From a virus, in IMG/VR virus record IMGVR_UViG_3300006028_000010, positions 1 to 64,000 of that record: DNA of 64,000 bases; one strand, given 5' to 3'. The notes beneath the pieces are model-generated. The model searched no databases. It was not told the DNA's origin and saw only the letters and a program-made list of their open reading frames with translations. Below are positions 19,009 to 28,079 of this stretch, one piece after another. The position numbers and the translations under genes are program-made. Numbering within the stretch: position 1 is the stretch's first letter; each line of letters begins with the position of its first letter.

Positions 19009-19212
19009 ATGTGGATCGTCAGCCTCGTCCTGATCGGAATGAAATACTACGGAGCCATCAACCTTGACTGGTCCACCGTCCTCATCTTCGCCACCGGACC
19101 GGTGTGGATGCCGCTGGTGTTCGCTTACTTCATCAGCCACCGCACCACCCGCACCGCATCAACCCGGAAACGCGCCAGCAGCCGTCGTCGTCGTTCCCCG
19201 TCGTTCCTATGA
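19009..19212 (+). CDS. small membrane protein
   Basis: GGGGAG RBS; hydrophobic, IDW.W...P.W-like pattern. Confidence 0.55.
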   Translation: MWIVSLVLIGMKYYGAINLDWSTVLIFATGPVWMPLVFAYFISHRTTRTASTRKRASSRRRRSPSFL

Positions 19213-19481
19213 GCACAACCAAAACGCAGCTGCTGGCCCTGTTAGCTGCCGCCGCGAGCCGTCACGCAGCTGCCCAGACCGAAGCGCAGCGCACACGTAG
19301 CTCCCTGCATCGGGCGGTATTAGCCGCTGTGGATGGTGGGTGCAGTCTCGCGGAGATCGGCGCGGTGATGGGGATTGATCGGCAGTCGGTGCGGTGGCAC
19401 ATCACCAAAGCACACGAAACAAAGGAACAAAATGGCAGACAAATGGATGATCGAAACCCCCATTCAAGACATGCTCATTGA
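19209..19481 (+). CDS. small HTH protein
   Basis: G.SLAEIGAVMGIDRQSV HTH pattern; ATGA coupled. Confidence 0.65.
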   Translation: MSTTKTQLLALLAAAASRHAAAQTEAQRTRSSLHRAVLAAVDGGCSLAEIGAVMGIDRQSVRWHITKAHETKEQNGRQMDDRNPHSRHAH

Positions 19482-19506
19482 AATCGAGTGGTCAGCGATG
19501 TGTGAA

Positions 19507-19558
19507 GCAAGCCGAGAGGCAAACCGAGAGGCAAGCCGAGAGGCAAGCCGAGAGGCAG
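19507..19558 (+). repeat. 12-bp tandem repeat, about 4.3 copies (GCAAGCCGAGAG)
   Basis: Seen directly; encodes ASRE/ANRE in small ORF 19432..19581. Confidence 0.85.
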
Positions 19559-19584
19559 ACGACCTCACCAAGGAGGGCTGAGTG

Positions 19585-19782
19585 ATGTTTTGGCAGCGTC
19601 GTCGCCGGCATAACGTGCCCGGCGGCTTCTACTGGAACAGTTTCAACTTCCGGCCGACGTCGTGGGGTGTCCACGAAGGCCCAGCTACCTACAATGTGAC
19701 GCGTCGCCGGTTGTCGCTTCGTTTGCCGTTCGGTTTGGGTGATTTGGTGTTCGGTGGGCGGCGGGGCAGGAGACGACGGTGA
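19585..19782 (+). CDS. small basic hypothetical protein
   Basis: AGGAGG upstream; GTGA coupled to the next ORF. Confidence 0.5.
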   Translation: MFWQRRRRHNVPGGFYWNSFNFRPTSWGVHEGPATYNVTRRRLSLRLPFGLGDLVFGGRRGRRRR

Positions 19783-19994
19783 GTACGCCGGAGACGGATC
19801 CGGATCGTATTGAGCAGGCGATTGAGTTGGCGCTGTACTACGGGGGTTACGACGGCGCTGATCATAAGGCGTGGGTGATTGATCAGATGCTTCGTGTTCT
19901 CACCGGGGACCGATACGAGCGGGTGATCACCGATTATTGTGCTGGTGAGGACGGCCCCGACACCTACAGCTGGGACACCGGGAGCGCACCATGA
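19779..19994 (+). CDS. phage hypothetical protein
   Basis: YGG.DG..HKAWVIDQMLR.L...W..G.AP motif typical of small phage proteins. Confidence 0.7.
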   Translation: MSTPETDPDRIEQAIELALYYGGYDGADHKAWVIDQMLRVLTGDRYERVITDYCAGEDGPDTYSWDTGSAP

Positions 19995-20235
19995 CGCGCT
20001 TAGGTGGGCAGGCACGGCGATGACCCGGTATCCGAATGTGGAAGACGAACACGGCGGGAAAGTCCACCTCGGCGCCAGAGTGGGTGGTGTCCTCGAGCCT
20101 GTTTGTCGGTGGGCGCGGCACGGCATCACCTACCGCCCCGTGAACAAAGACCTCACCTGCAAAGACTGCCTAGCCATCCGCGCCCGCACCGACCGCAAAC
20201 GAACCGCGAACACGATCAACGGAGACAACCAATGA
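19991..20235 (+). CDS. small Cys/His hypothetical protein
   Basis: H...C...TCKDC; start uncertain (in-frame ATG at 20020). Confidence 0.45.
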
Positions 20236-20555
20236 GCAATCCATCAGACCCGTTGCTGTACGGAGCCGACGCGGACGCATGGGGCGCGTCGGCTGGCACT
20301 CCAGCGTCAACGCTGCCGAAGAACTACACAGAATGGCTAGCCGAGGGCCGGGTCGAGAACGGCGCTGAGATGCCGCAGCGGGGCAAGCTCCAACCTAAAG
20401 TCGTGTGGGTATGCAAAGACTGTTTAGAACGCAGCCATGCCGTCTGCGGCAATCGTGGATGCATCTTTGAGGACTGGCCGATTGGGAACGTTCCTGACCT
20501 GTTCGATTTTCCGAAACCAACCGGGCTTGACTGGGGCGAGGACGCCCACCGATGA
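20232..20555 (+). CDS. hypothetical protein
   Basis: GGAGA RBS; ATGA coupling. Confidence 0.5.
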   Translation: MSNPSDPLLYGADADAWGASAGTPASTLPKNYTEWLAEGRVENGAEMPQRGKLQPKVVWVCKDCLERSHAVCGNRGCIFEDWPIGNVPDLFDFPKPTGLDWGEDAHR

Positions 20556-20977
20556 CGACGAACATCGCGGTAAATGACAGCATCATCCTAACTGCTACAC
20601 CAACACTACTCGATCCAACCGCAGACAAGCGGGTCCTACCTGATGTCACGTGGGCACCTCGAATTCTGATCTACCTCACGTGGTCTTCCGGGAAGCGGGA
20701 TGCGGCACACTTGCAGCTCGTGCCTACACCATCACTCGCTCAGTGGCTCCCCGACAGCGTGCTCAACCACAAAGGCTGGAATCTTGACCTGGCGCTGCTG
20801 ACCGATGGTCTAGACGCCCCCGCCGGTGATGACGACGTGATGGTCAGCCCTTCACGTCGTAAAGATCTCATTGAAATCATCCTCGATTCGGGACGTGATC
20901 AGATCGGTCTGCGCTTCCGGAGAGCGGCGCTCGTTGAGTTCGTCGCGAGGGTGCACGAACACTCCGTTCAGTCATAA
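20552..20977 (+). CDS. hypothetical protein (possibly a very divergent SsgA-like fold)
   Basis: W.LD..LL.DGL..PAG.DDV.V.P...L.EFV loosely resembles the SsgA core. Confidence 0.5.
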   Translation: MTTNIAVNDSIILTATPTLLDPTADKRVLPDVTWAPRILIYLTWSSGKRDAAHLQLVPTPSLAQWLPDSVLNHKGWNLDLALLTDGLDAPAGDDDVMVSPSRRKDLIEIILDSGRDQIGLRFRRAALVEFVARVHEHSVQS

Positions 20978-20994
20978 TCTTGGTTATGTGCCAA
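20967..20994. other. dif-like tyrosine-recombinase core site (11-6-11)
   Basis: TTCAGTCATAA-TCTTGG-TTATGTGCCAA: CATAA-N6-TTATG inner palindrome as in dif; about 430 bp upstream of a Xer-like recombinase. Confidence 0.55.
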
Positions 20995-21070
20995 GATCGA
21001 GCTGAGCCATATTCGATCACTTGGAGATCAACATGGAAGCCATCATCTTTATCGACATAGCCAAGTACGC

Positions 21071-21427
21071 ATGAGTTGCGTACTGACGTTCCTCCACGCT
21101 CGCCTCGACGAAGACGAGCAACGCGCCCGGGCCGAAGCTGTCCTGCGCGACGGTGACCCATACTTCGTGAACGAGGCCAGCAACTTTGAGCGCTGCTTCA
21201 CCCCCCAACGGGCGCTGGCCGAGGTGGAAGCTAAACGGGAAATCCTCAAGCTGCATCGGCCGGGGCGACCCATCTATGAAGCCGAGGACTCGACCCGTCG
21301 CACATGCTGGTCGTGTGGTGTGGATGACGGCTGGTATGACGTGCCCGCGCCGTGCGACACGTTGAAAGCCTTAGCGCTGCCCTACGCGGACCATCCTGAC
21401 TACGACCCCGCGTGGAGCGTTCAGTGA
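21071..21427 (+). CDS. DUF6221-like actinomycete hypothetical protein
   Basis: FL.ARLDEDE...P.R.LAEVEAKR.IL...LALPYADHPDY...W. Confidence 0.8.
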   Translation: MSCVLTFLHARLDEDEQRARAEAVLRDGDPYFVNEASNFERCFTPQRALAEVEAKREILKLHRPGRPIYEAEDSTRRTCWSCGVDDGWYDVPAPCDTLKALALPYADHPDYDPAWSVQ

Positions 21428-22500
21428 CCGCTGAACTCGTTCCCGCTGCCGCAGCCACCGAAGATGAGCGGTGGCTCACCGAACTCAAACTCGTCGGCCA
21501 ATGGCTCCTCGAACACTCCGGTAACACACTCGCCGCCTACTCCAGCAGCATCGGCTGGCCCTACCGCACCAACGGCACCTGGCGCGGCTACCAAAGCGCC
21601 CGCAACGGCGTCACCTGGCTAGGCTGGTGCCACACCAACGGCGTCTACCTACTCGACGCGAAACGGATCCACATCCTCGCCTGGATCGAAGCGGTCAATG
21701 CCAGCCGGCACCCCGACAGCGGGGAACCACTCGCAAAACGGAGCCGCGCGCAGCTGGTGTCCACCGCATCAAGCTTCTACACCTGGGCCATGCACGAAGG
21801 GCACACCGAATCCAACCCCGTCGCGCTGATCAACCGCCGCAAGAAACAACTCAACGTCAGCCACGACCCTTCCGCGAGCCGGTCCCTGTCAGCGACAGAA
21901 TCCCAAGCGATGATCGCCGCAGCGGACAACGACCCCGTCCAGTTCACCCGACCACGCACCGCCGCGATCATCGCCCTACTGTTCTGCTGCGGGCCACGCG
22001 TCGGAGAGGTGTGCAACGCCAAGCTCAGCGACATGCGCGTGCAAGATGGTAGGCGCGTCCTCCGCACCGTAGCCAAAGGCGGGAAGGAACTCCTCTTCGC
22101 CTTACCGCCACAGGTATGCACGAGACTTGACGCCTACCTGGCGACGCGAGAAGACATCTCACGGCTACCAGCCCGCCGCGGTGAGGGCTCCGGGTCCTCA
22201 ATACCTCTGATCGCCACCTCAACAGGTAAACCGCTAGGTCGGGGGGAGGTGCGTACGCTGGTCAAACGCATCGCCCGGTTCGCGGGTCTGGATGACCCAC
22301 AGAGCGTTTACCCGCACGTGGCGAGGCACACGTACATCACCGAAGCCCGACGGCTGGGCTATTCTGGGGATGTGATCCAGCACTCGGTTGGTCACGCCCA
22401 CATTGAGCAAACCGACAAGTACGGCAAGCACATCATCAACATCGAGAAGTCCCCGGCGTACGGGGTAGCGGAAGCATTCGCGCCCGAGAGGCAGTCGTGA
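21424..22500 (+). CDS. XerC/D-like tyrosine recombinase
   Basis: SAM-like N-terminus (NTLAAY); catalytic R (GPRVGE), K (KGGK), HVAR, GH and Y (TDKY). Confidence 0.9.
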   Translation: MTAELVPAAAATEDERWLTELKLVGQWLLEHSGNTLAAYSSSIGWPYRTNGTWRGYQSARNGVTWLGWCHTNGVYLLDAKRIHILAWIEAVNASRHPDSGEPLAKRSRAQLVSTASSFYTWAMHEGHTESNPVALINRRKKQLNVSHDPSASRSLSATESQAMIAAADNDPVQFTRPRTAAIIALLFCCGPRVGEVCNAKLSDMRVQDGRRVLRTVAKGGKELLFALPPQVCTRLDAYLATREDISRLPARRGEGSGSSIPLIATSTGKPLGRGEVRTLVKRIARFAGLDDPQSVYPHVARHTYITEARRLGYSGDVIQHSVGHAHIEQTDKYGKHIINIEKSPAYGVAEAFAPERQS

Positions 22501-22793
22501 GCACCTACCATCGGTATCGAGCGTGGCCGCCGCGTCGCCCATGTCCTCAATGCGGCGACGTGACAGCCGTGCGACCCAACGGGCTATTCAGAGTGCACCC
22601 CATCGCACGTGGTAATCCGCGATGTCCTGGCGGTGGCCAAGTAGCGCCTCCACTACCAGTGACAGACACCCTACGTGGTCGCAGGTTGGCTTATTTGGAA
22701 CTACTGCTCGGCTTGATTGAGCGGCATGGTTACCAGCCCGGTCTTTGTGATCGGGTTGAACGAGTAATGCGCTGCGAAGAAACCCCCGCTTAG
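22497..22793 (+). CDS. small Zn-finger hypothetical protein
   Basis: CPQCG...H...CPGGG; GTGA coupled. Confidence 0.55.
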   Translation: MSTYHRYRAWPPRRPCPQCGDVTAVRPNGLFRVHPIARGNPRCPGGGQVAPPLPVTDTLRGRRLAYLELLLGLIERHGYQPGLCDRVERVMRCEETPA

Positions 22794-22823
22794 TTATCTT
22801 ATCGGGGGTGCTGGCGACGGAAT

Positions 22824-23021
22824 CTAGCTGGTGTCAGATTCTGACTCATCAGCGCGCTCTCGAGCCCGACCAGCAGCGCGACCTAAACCGTACGCCACAC
22901 CACCCTCATGCGGATGCGTCACCTCAAACTCCTGCGCATCAGCCTCAAGGTCATCAGCAAACGCGCGTAACGTCTCGGGGGGATCCTCCGGTGCATCGCC
23001 AATCGTGTTGCATCCTCTCAA
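22824..23021 (-). CDS. hypothetical protein
   Basis: Last ORF of the leftward early operon. Confidence 0.4.
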   Translation of the reverse strand: MRGCNTIGDAPEDPPETLRAFADDLEADAQEFEVTHPHEGGVAYGLGRAAGRARERADESESDTS

Positions 23022-23024
23022 AGG

Positions 23025-23624
23025 TCATGCTGCTGCTTGTGTGTTGAGCGCGCGTATCGCTGTGGCCAACTCGCTGATGGTGCCGCCCTGGGTCAGGTAC
23101 TCAATCGGCTGCGTCGTAACCGATTCGCGGAGACAAGCCACGCCGTGATGCTGCGCGGTTTTCACCGCGCCCTCACTGATCCCCAGAATCTTCGCGGTCT
23201 GGGGGATCGACAGGCCGTGTATGAGACGCAGCCGCAGGACCTCAGCCTGCCGGGGTGTTGCTAGGCGCGTGATGCGCCGGCTGATTTCACCAGCGGCGAG
23301 AGCGGCGAGGATACGGTCCACGACGATGCTGTCCGGGCCCGGTTCGTCGTCGGCGGTGTCGGTGATCGCCGCTACGGGTGTTTCACGCCGCGCCGCTGCG
23401 GCCTTGTGGTGGTCGTACAGGACGTTCCGGGCCATCACCCGCAGCCAGCCACCCGGGTTCCGCCCATCGAACCGGTCGGCGTATCTCAGGGCGCGTTCGA
23501 ACGTGGCCGCGGTCAAATCCTCAGCGAAAGCGGGGTCCTGGGTTTTCCTGGTAAGCCACCCCAGGATCCACGGGTGGTGTTCGGTGTACATGTCAGCGAC
23601 CACCCGGGCCGGGTCAGGGCGCAT
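23025..23624 (-). CDS. ECF-type RNA polymerase sigma-70 factor
   Basis: Region 2 AEDLTAATFERA...WLRVMARN..YD; region 4 QAEVLRLR...GLS..TAKILG.SEGAVK. Confidence 0.9.
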   Translation of the reverse strand: MRPDPARVVADMYTEHHPWILGWLTRKTQDPAFAEDLTAATFERALRYADRFDGRNPGGWLRVMARNVLYDHHKAAAARRETPVAAITDTADDEPGPDSIVVDRILAALAAGEISRRITRLATPRQAEVLRLRLIHGLSIPQTAKILGISEGAVKTAQHHGVACLRESVTTQPIEYLTQGGTISELATAIRALNTQAAA

Positions 23625-23907
23625 CCGGGGTGCCCCATTCCCACACACGGCCTTCCACAGGTCTTACCGAACCGGGATGGACCTCAGCTGGGTGACTGAC
23701 CAGATGCGGGGTCGGTCGGTAACGACACACCGGGTTCGGTGCCACGGTCCGCCAATCCCGGTGCACATTCCAGCAAGCCTGCTGGTGCCGTTCAAGCTCG
23801 GTCCGCCACCACCACGACCCATCCAAATACACCGGGCCCCCGCAGAGCACCGCCAGCTCCCCTTTAGCGGGAATGTCCCTCGCCCAACCATCCGGTTTAC
23901 GTTTCAT
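23614..23907 (-). CDS. hypothetical protein
   Basis: ATGA coupled; L.GGP..G motif. Confidence 0.55.
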   Translation of the reverse strand: MKRKPDGWARDIPAKGELAVLCGGPVYLDGSWWWRTELERHQQACWNVHRDWRTVAPNPVCRYRPTPHLVSHPAEVHPGSVRPVEGRVWEWGTPDAP

Positions 23908-24326
23908 CGTGTTTCCTCGAGGATCCGGGTGAGTGCCTCGTCAAGCGCGGCGCGGGTGCGGCCGTGTTCAACACAGGCCGGGTCCACGCAAGCCGGGTCC
24001 ACGCACGGCGGGTTCACGACCATCGTGGCGCCCAGGAACGCGGACGCCACCGCAACCGGGCAGGACACCCGCACAGCCTCCCCAGGGGGCCGCAGAACAA
24101 CCCACAAGCGGCTACCAGCGGCCAGCAGCCGGACGTCGCCTTCCCCGACCAGCGTGTGGGTTTGGAGAGCGGCGGTGAGTAAGTCCCGGGCGAACACCCA
24201 CTCAACCTGCCCCCCGCTGGGGGTGTGGAAGGTGAGGGTGACCGCGTGCGGGTCCGTGGTGGCGTAGGCCCAGCGGGCGTTGACCGGCTCCCCCCTAGTG
24301 GTGCGGAACACCACACCCGAACTCAC
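23904..24326 (-). CDS. SsgA-like protein (second copy)
   Basis: Y...DPHAVTL.F...VEWVFARDLL..AL.....GEGDVR...FL.AT. Confidence 0.85.
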   Translation of the reverse strand: MSSGVVFRTTRGEPVNARWAYATTDPHAVTLTFHTPSGGQVEWVFARDLLTAALQTHTLVGEGDVRLLAAGSRLWVVLRPPGEAVRVSCPVAVASAFLGATMVVNPPCVDPACVDPACVEHGRTRAALDEALTRILEETR

Positions 24327-24562
24327 CTCCACGGCGCGCCCGTCCGGTATTCGATGACGCACACGCAGTCTTCTGTTCGCCTGGATTGATCCGCCGGACA
24401 GTCCGGGCGATGCGGTTCCCCATAGCCCCGTTTCCGGCAGACCGGATCCGCGCACGCTAACGCCGCTTCGCGGGTGCAGAACGTACACTCACGCGGGTAC
24501 CACTCGTCCATCACGCCGCCGATCCGTCCATTGAATACGTCGGACTTGTTCATAGGGTTCAT
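24323..24562 (-). CDS. Cys-rich hypothetical protein
   Basis: Coupled at both ends; several Cys residues. Confidence 0.5.
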   Translation of the reverse strand: MNPMNKSDVFNGRIGGVMDEWYPRECTFCTREAALACADPVCRKRGYGEPHRPDCPADQSRRTEDCVCVIEYRTGAPWR

Positions 24563-25878
24563 GCTGCGGTTCCCCGTGCGAGGGAACGGATCCGGGCGTA
24601 ATGCGGCGACCACGCCAACGTCACCACACCCGTTCGACCGTGACGGTTTTTCACCACATACGCGTCGAGTTCACCGGCGCGTTCCGGTTCCGTAGGCAGC
24701 TTCAAAATGATCCCAACATCACAATCAGCTTCGATGCTGCCCGACTCGCGAAAATCGCTCATATCCGGCGTCTGCCGCTCCATCGATTTCCGGCTCGTTT
24801 GGTAAAGAGCGATGATAGGAATGTTCAGGAGCATCGCCAGCAACTTGAAATCGCGGGTGATCTCACTGATTTGTTGCTCACGGACCGCTTTAGGATCAGC
24901 CGGGGTCATCCGCTGGGTGTAATCAACAATGACAAGCCCCAAACCGGGTGGCCTACGCGCAAGCCTCTCAGCCTGCCGACGTAACCCCACCGATGTGAGA
25001 CTCGGCGTGTCCCGAATCAACAAAGGCGCACCACGGAACTGGGCTTGAGCCTTCCGCAACCGCACCCAATCAAAATCATTCAACCTATGCGTGTTAATAG
25101 CAGTCAGCTCAACACCCGACATATCAGAAAGAATCCGACTAGTGATCTCACAACGCCCCATCTCCAGGGAATTGATGAGCACACCCACACCACGCTCAGC
25201 GACGCGAAGCCCGATACCGCTACCAACAAGCGACTTCCCGCACCCAGGCCGCGCCCCAACCGCGTAAACCGCGCCGTTACGCAAACCCCCATTAAGAACA
25301 TCATCCAAATCATGCAAACCAGTAGGAACCGTCGGCGGCACCGGGCCCGCTAAACGCTCCAACGCCTCCGCCACAGCCGTATCCAAATCAACCAACCCAT
25401 CATCAACCCCCGACCCGGCCGACACACCCGCCGCGAGCTGCTCAACACGCTCCCTCAGACCATCCTCATCCGCAGGCCACGAATAACCAACCTGAACAAT
25501 ACGATTCCCAGTTTCAACAGCCAGCCGCTTCACCGCCTGCCGACTCACCAACCCCACATAATACGCAACATTCAACGCCGTCGGCACATCCCGAGTCAAA
25601 GTATGCAAATACGGAGCCCCACCCACACGCCGCAACTCACCATCAGCATCCAAACGCGCCGCAACCGTCACCGGATCAACCGGCTCACCACACCCATACA
25701 ACGCCAACACCGTCGCATAAATCACCTGATGCGCCGGACGCCAAAACTCCGCCACACTCAACGTGTCCACCACCACATCAAGCGCCGCCGGGGAAATCAA
25801 CACCGAACCCAACACCGCCCGCTCAGCATCCACATCACACGGCGGCAACAGCTCCTGCCCCGCATCGGGGGGGCTCAT
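24559..25878 (-). CDS. dnaB: replicative DNA helicase DnaB
   Basis: AERAVLG N-terminus; GARPGCGKS; SLEM; IVDY; SDFRESGSIEAD.D; KNRHG. Confidence 0.97.
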   Translation of the reverse strand: MSPPDAGQELLPPCDVDAERAVLGSVLISPAALDVVVDTLSVAEFWRPAHQVIYATVLALYGCGEPVDPVTVAARLDADGELRRVGGAPYLHTLTRDVPTALNVAYYVGLVSRQAVKRLAVETGNRIVQVGYSWPADEDGLRERVEQLAAGVSAGSGVDDGLVDLDTAVAEALERLAGPVPPTVPTGLHDLDDVLNGGLRNGAVYAVGARPGCGKSLVGSGIGLRVAERGVGVLINSLEMGRCEITSRILSDMSGVELTAINTHRLNDFDWVRLRKAQAQFRGAPLLIRDTPSLTSVGLRRQAERLARRPPGLGLVIVDYTQRMTPADPKAVREQQISEITRDFKLLAMLLNIPIIALYQTSRKSMERQTPDMSDFRESGSIEADCDVGIILKLPTEPERAGELDAYVVKNRHGRTGVVTLAWSPHYARIRSLARGTAA

Positions 25879-26708
25879 AACCGCACCCGCAGTTCCGGCT
25901 GGCCACCGAAACCCCGCAGCAACGCCGCCTGGCGTTCCAGTTCGCTAGCAGCCCGATCCACCACCTGCTGGGCTCGTTTCACCGCGCCATTACCTTCGAG
26001 GACCGTTCTCAGCGCCGCGGCCACCTCCGCGGTCCTCACGCCGGGCGAACTACCCCACCCCGTTATATGAGTCCCCAACACGTTTTCTATCTCAGCGACC
26101 GCTCGGCGTGCTCTTTCAGCATCCTCGATCGCCCGTTCATACAACCGCTTCCACTCATGCCCGCTGTCTTCAGCCGATTTACGACCCGCCTCCCACCCCT
26201 GCTCCCGGGCTTCCTTAATAGCCGCCTCATCCGGTGTGAACGACAACCCCGCACCAGCAGCCCGAAGAACCGGAACCAGAAGATTCCGCTCCAGCGGCAA
26301 ACGGGTTTCCCGAAGCAGCGGCGCCTGCACCGTGACCGTGAGACCGCGCGCACCCGTCTCCAGCAGCCCCCACGTTGACGGCAGCTCGTCCCGAGGAACG
26401 ACACCACGGGGCGCCACAATCCACCAGCGGTCAACAATCGCGCACCAACCATCCGCCTTAGCCGGATCGGCTAGTTCCCGACGCCAATCACCCCGACTGA
26501 CCTTCACCTCAAACCCATGCAACTCACAACCACGGCTCTGCCACAAACTCAGAGCTAAGGCATCCGCAGTTCGTTTAGCGTCGAAACCAGCAGCATCGCG
26601 AACCTTCTCGACATACGCCCATTCTGGCCCGTTGCCGCGTTTCGCCGCGTGACGCTCCCGCAGCAAACCCAATATCGACGCCTCAGTGTGACGCTCCACC
26701 GCGGTCAT
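25875..26708 (-). CDS. PD-(D/E)XK (MmcB-like) nuclease-domain protein
   Basis: R.ADAL...HGFEVKVSRGDW..EL..P.K...WGL. Confidence 0.7.
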   Translation of the reverse strand: MTAVERHTEASILGLLRERHAAKRGNGPEWAYVEKVRDAAGFDAKRTADALALSLWQSRGCELHGFEVKVSRGDWRRELADPAKADGWCAIVDRWWIVAPRGVVPRDELPSTWGLLETGARGLTVTVQAPLLRETRLPLERNLLVPVLRAAGAGLSFTPDEAAIKEAREQGWEAGRKSAEDSGHEWKRLYERAIEDAERARRAVAEIENVLGTHITGWGSSPGVRTAEVAAALRTVLEGNGAVKRAQQVVDRAASELERQAALLRGFGGQPELRVRL

Positions 26709-26745
26709 CAGCAGATCCCTCCGAGCGACAAGACACCAGCCACGA

Positions 26746-27129
26746 TCACGCCTCCAACTCAAGAGGCTGCGGCAACCGCCCAAACTCAGCCCACTCCGCC
26801 AAACCAACAACCATATGCTCAGCAGCACACCCCCTCGCCCACGCCACAAACCCCGGACCATCATCCGCCAACTCAGCCGAATGCGGTGGAATCCGAAACG
26901 CTGCGTACACAGCCTTACGGGCCTCACCGATACGACGAGTGATATCCGCCGGCATCACCCGATCCCGACACTCCCCGTAATGGTCAATCAACGCGCGACG
27001 AGCCAACGGCCACGTCCAACCCTGAGCCACCGCGACAGCATGCCAAGCCCGAGCATCACCCTGCCCAACCGTACGCTGATCAAAACAAGCAGCCAAAGCC
27101 AACAACGCAAGAATCTCCTCAACACTCAC
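26746..27129 (-). CDS. putative helicase loader/inhibitor-like protein
   Basis: A..D.R......AW...HY.....MPADI; lies between the initiator and dnaB. Confidence 0.55.
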   Translation of the reverse strand: MSVEEILALLALAACFDQRTVGQGDARAWHAVAVAQGWTWPLARRALIDHYGECRDRVMPADITRRIGEARKAVYAAFRIPPHSAELADDGPGFVAWARGCAAEHMVVGLAEWAEFGRLPQPLELEA

Positions 27130-28079
27130 GCCGCACCACCCGGAAGCGCAAACAAATTCACAGACGCCGCATCCCCACCACACATCTCATCACGCAAAGC
27201 CAAAACCGCAGCCACCCGCTGATCCGTCGTGGACGGGCGAGGAGGGGACTGGGCCGGCGGGTTCACGATCGCGTCTCGGGTGCGGATCACCTCAGAAACA
27301 AGAGAGGGCAACGTTCTAGGTCCGAGAGTCGGTTTCACCAACCACAGTTTGAGCGCGGCAGTGATAAGGTCCTCACTGATTTCGTCGCGGAGGAGTCCGG
27401 TAACTTGAATAGCTAAATCGGTCCGGACGGCGGACGGGTGGTTAAGTCCGATGGCTCGATCAACGATCCGATAGGCGCCGCCTGAGTGGGGTCCGGTAAT
27501 GGCGGGGCCTGGGCGCGGCGTTGGGGGGTCTGCTGGCTCGTGCGCGGGCGCAAACGCAGGCGCACGGTCTGGAGTTAAGTTTTTAGCTGCGTCACAGGAG
27601 ATCTTTTCCCCTGTTCCTCTTTTCCCCTCTTCCCCTGTTCCAGCTACGCGCGCGCGGGGCGAGACCGTCGCGATATCTCGCGGCACCTTCGCGAGATGAT
27701 CCGGCCCATTGTGGTTTCCCCTGGTAGAAGGGTCAAAGTCGGTCGGTGGGCGCGGGAACCGTGGCTTGGCTGGGCGATCAACCTTTTGATGCCGATCCCA
27801 GTTCGTGACGAAGATCAACGATTTGTCGTCGATCTTGTATCGAACCACCAACAACCGTCGCGACAGGATCGCGAGCCCGTCGCGAACGAACTGCCGGAAG
27901 CCTGCTTGGTCTTCCTCCAATGCGAACAGATCAGCCGTGATCTGACGGTAGTCATCCAGGCCAACCCCGTTGTCATCCACGTACGACCACAGACCAACGA
28001 AAAGCATGCGCACATCCATCGGAAGTGCTGTGATGTCGTCTGAGCGCCAGAACGACGGCTTGATCGTCCTAATGCGCAT
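27126..28079 (-). CDS. phage replication initiator
   Basis: MRIRTIKPSFW...RMLFVGLWSYVDDNG...NW.RHQK N-terminal domain; internal repeats. Confidence 0.8.
   Translation of the reverse strand: MRIRTIKPSFWRSDDITALPMDVRMLFVGLWSYVDDNGVGLDDYRQITADLFALEEDQAGFRQFVRDGLAILSRRLLVVRYKIDDKSLIFVTNWDRHQKVDRPAKPRFPRPPTDFDPSTRGNHNGPDHLAKVPRDIATVSPRARVAGTGEEGKRGTGEKISCDAAKNLTPDRAPAFAPAHEPADPPTPRPGPAITGPHSGGAYRIVDRAIGLNHPSAVRTDLAIQVTGLLRDEISEDLITAALKLWLVKPTLGPRTLPSLVSEVIRTRDAIVNPPAQSPPRPSTTDQRVAAVLALRDEMCGGDAASVNLFALPGGAA
27600..27885. repeat. phased TCGCGA boxes and polypurine repeats within the initiator gene (candidate origin 2)
   Basis: TCGCGA at 27858, 27869 and 27880 (11-bp spacing) and at 27668, 27678 (variant) and 27689; GGAACAGGGGAA twice on the minus strand at ~27603-27640. 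Confidence 0.55.

Larger units (their letters stand above)
4879..22793. mobile_element. plasmid/AICE-like replication-transfer-resolution module embedded in the phage genome
   Basis: Rep with iterons, NUDIX, coupling protein, Spd-like protein, TraB with clt-like repeats, Xer-like recombinase with dif-like site; boundaries approximate. Confidence 0.65.

Noticed and set aside
19507-19558. CRISPR array
   Set aside because: Contiguous 12-bp units without spacers; the Cas4-like exonuclease at 33075 is paired with RecT, not with cas genes
23221-24267. 348-aa + strand ORF
   Set aside because: Antisense to well-supported sigma and SsgA genes, with no recognisable motifs
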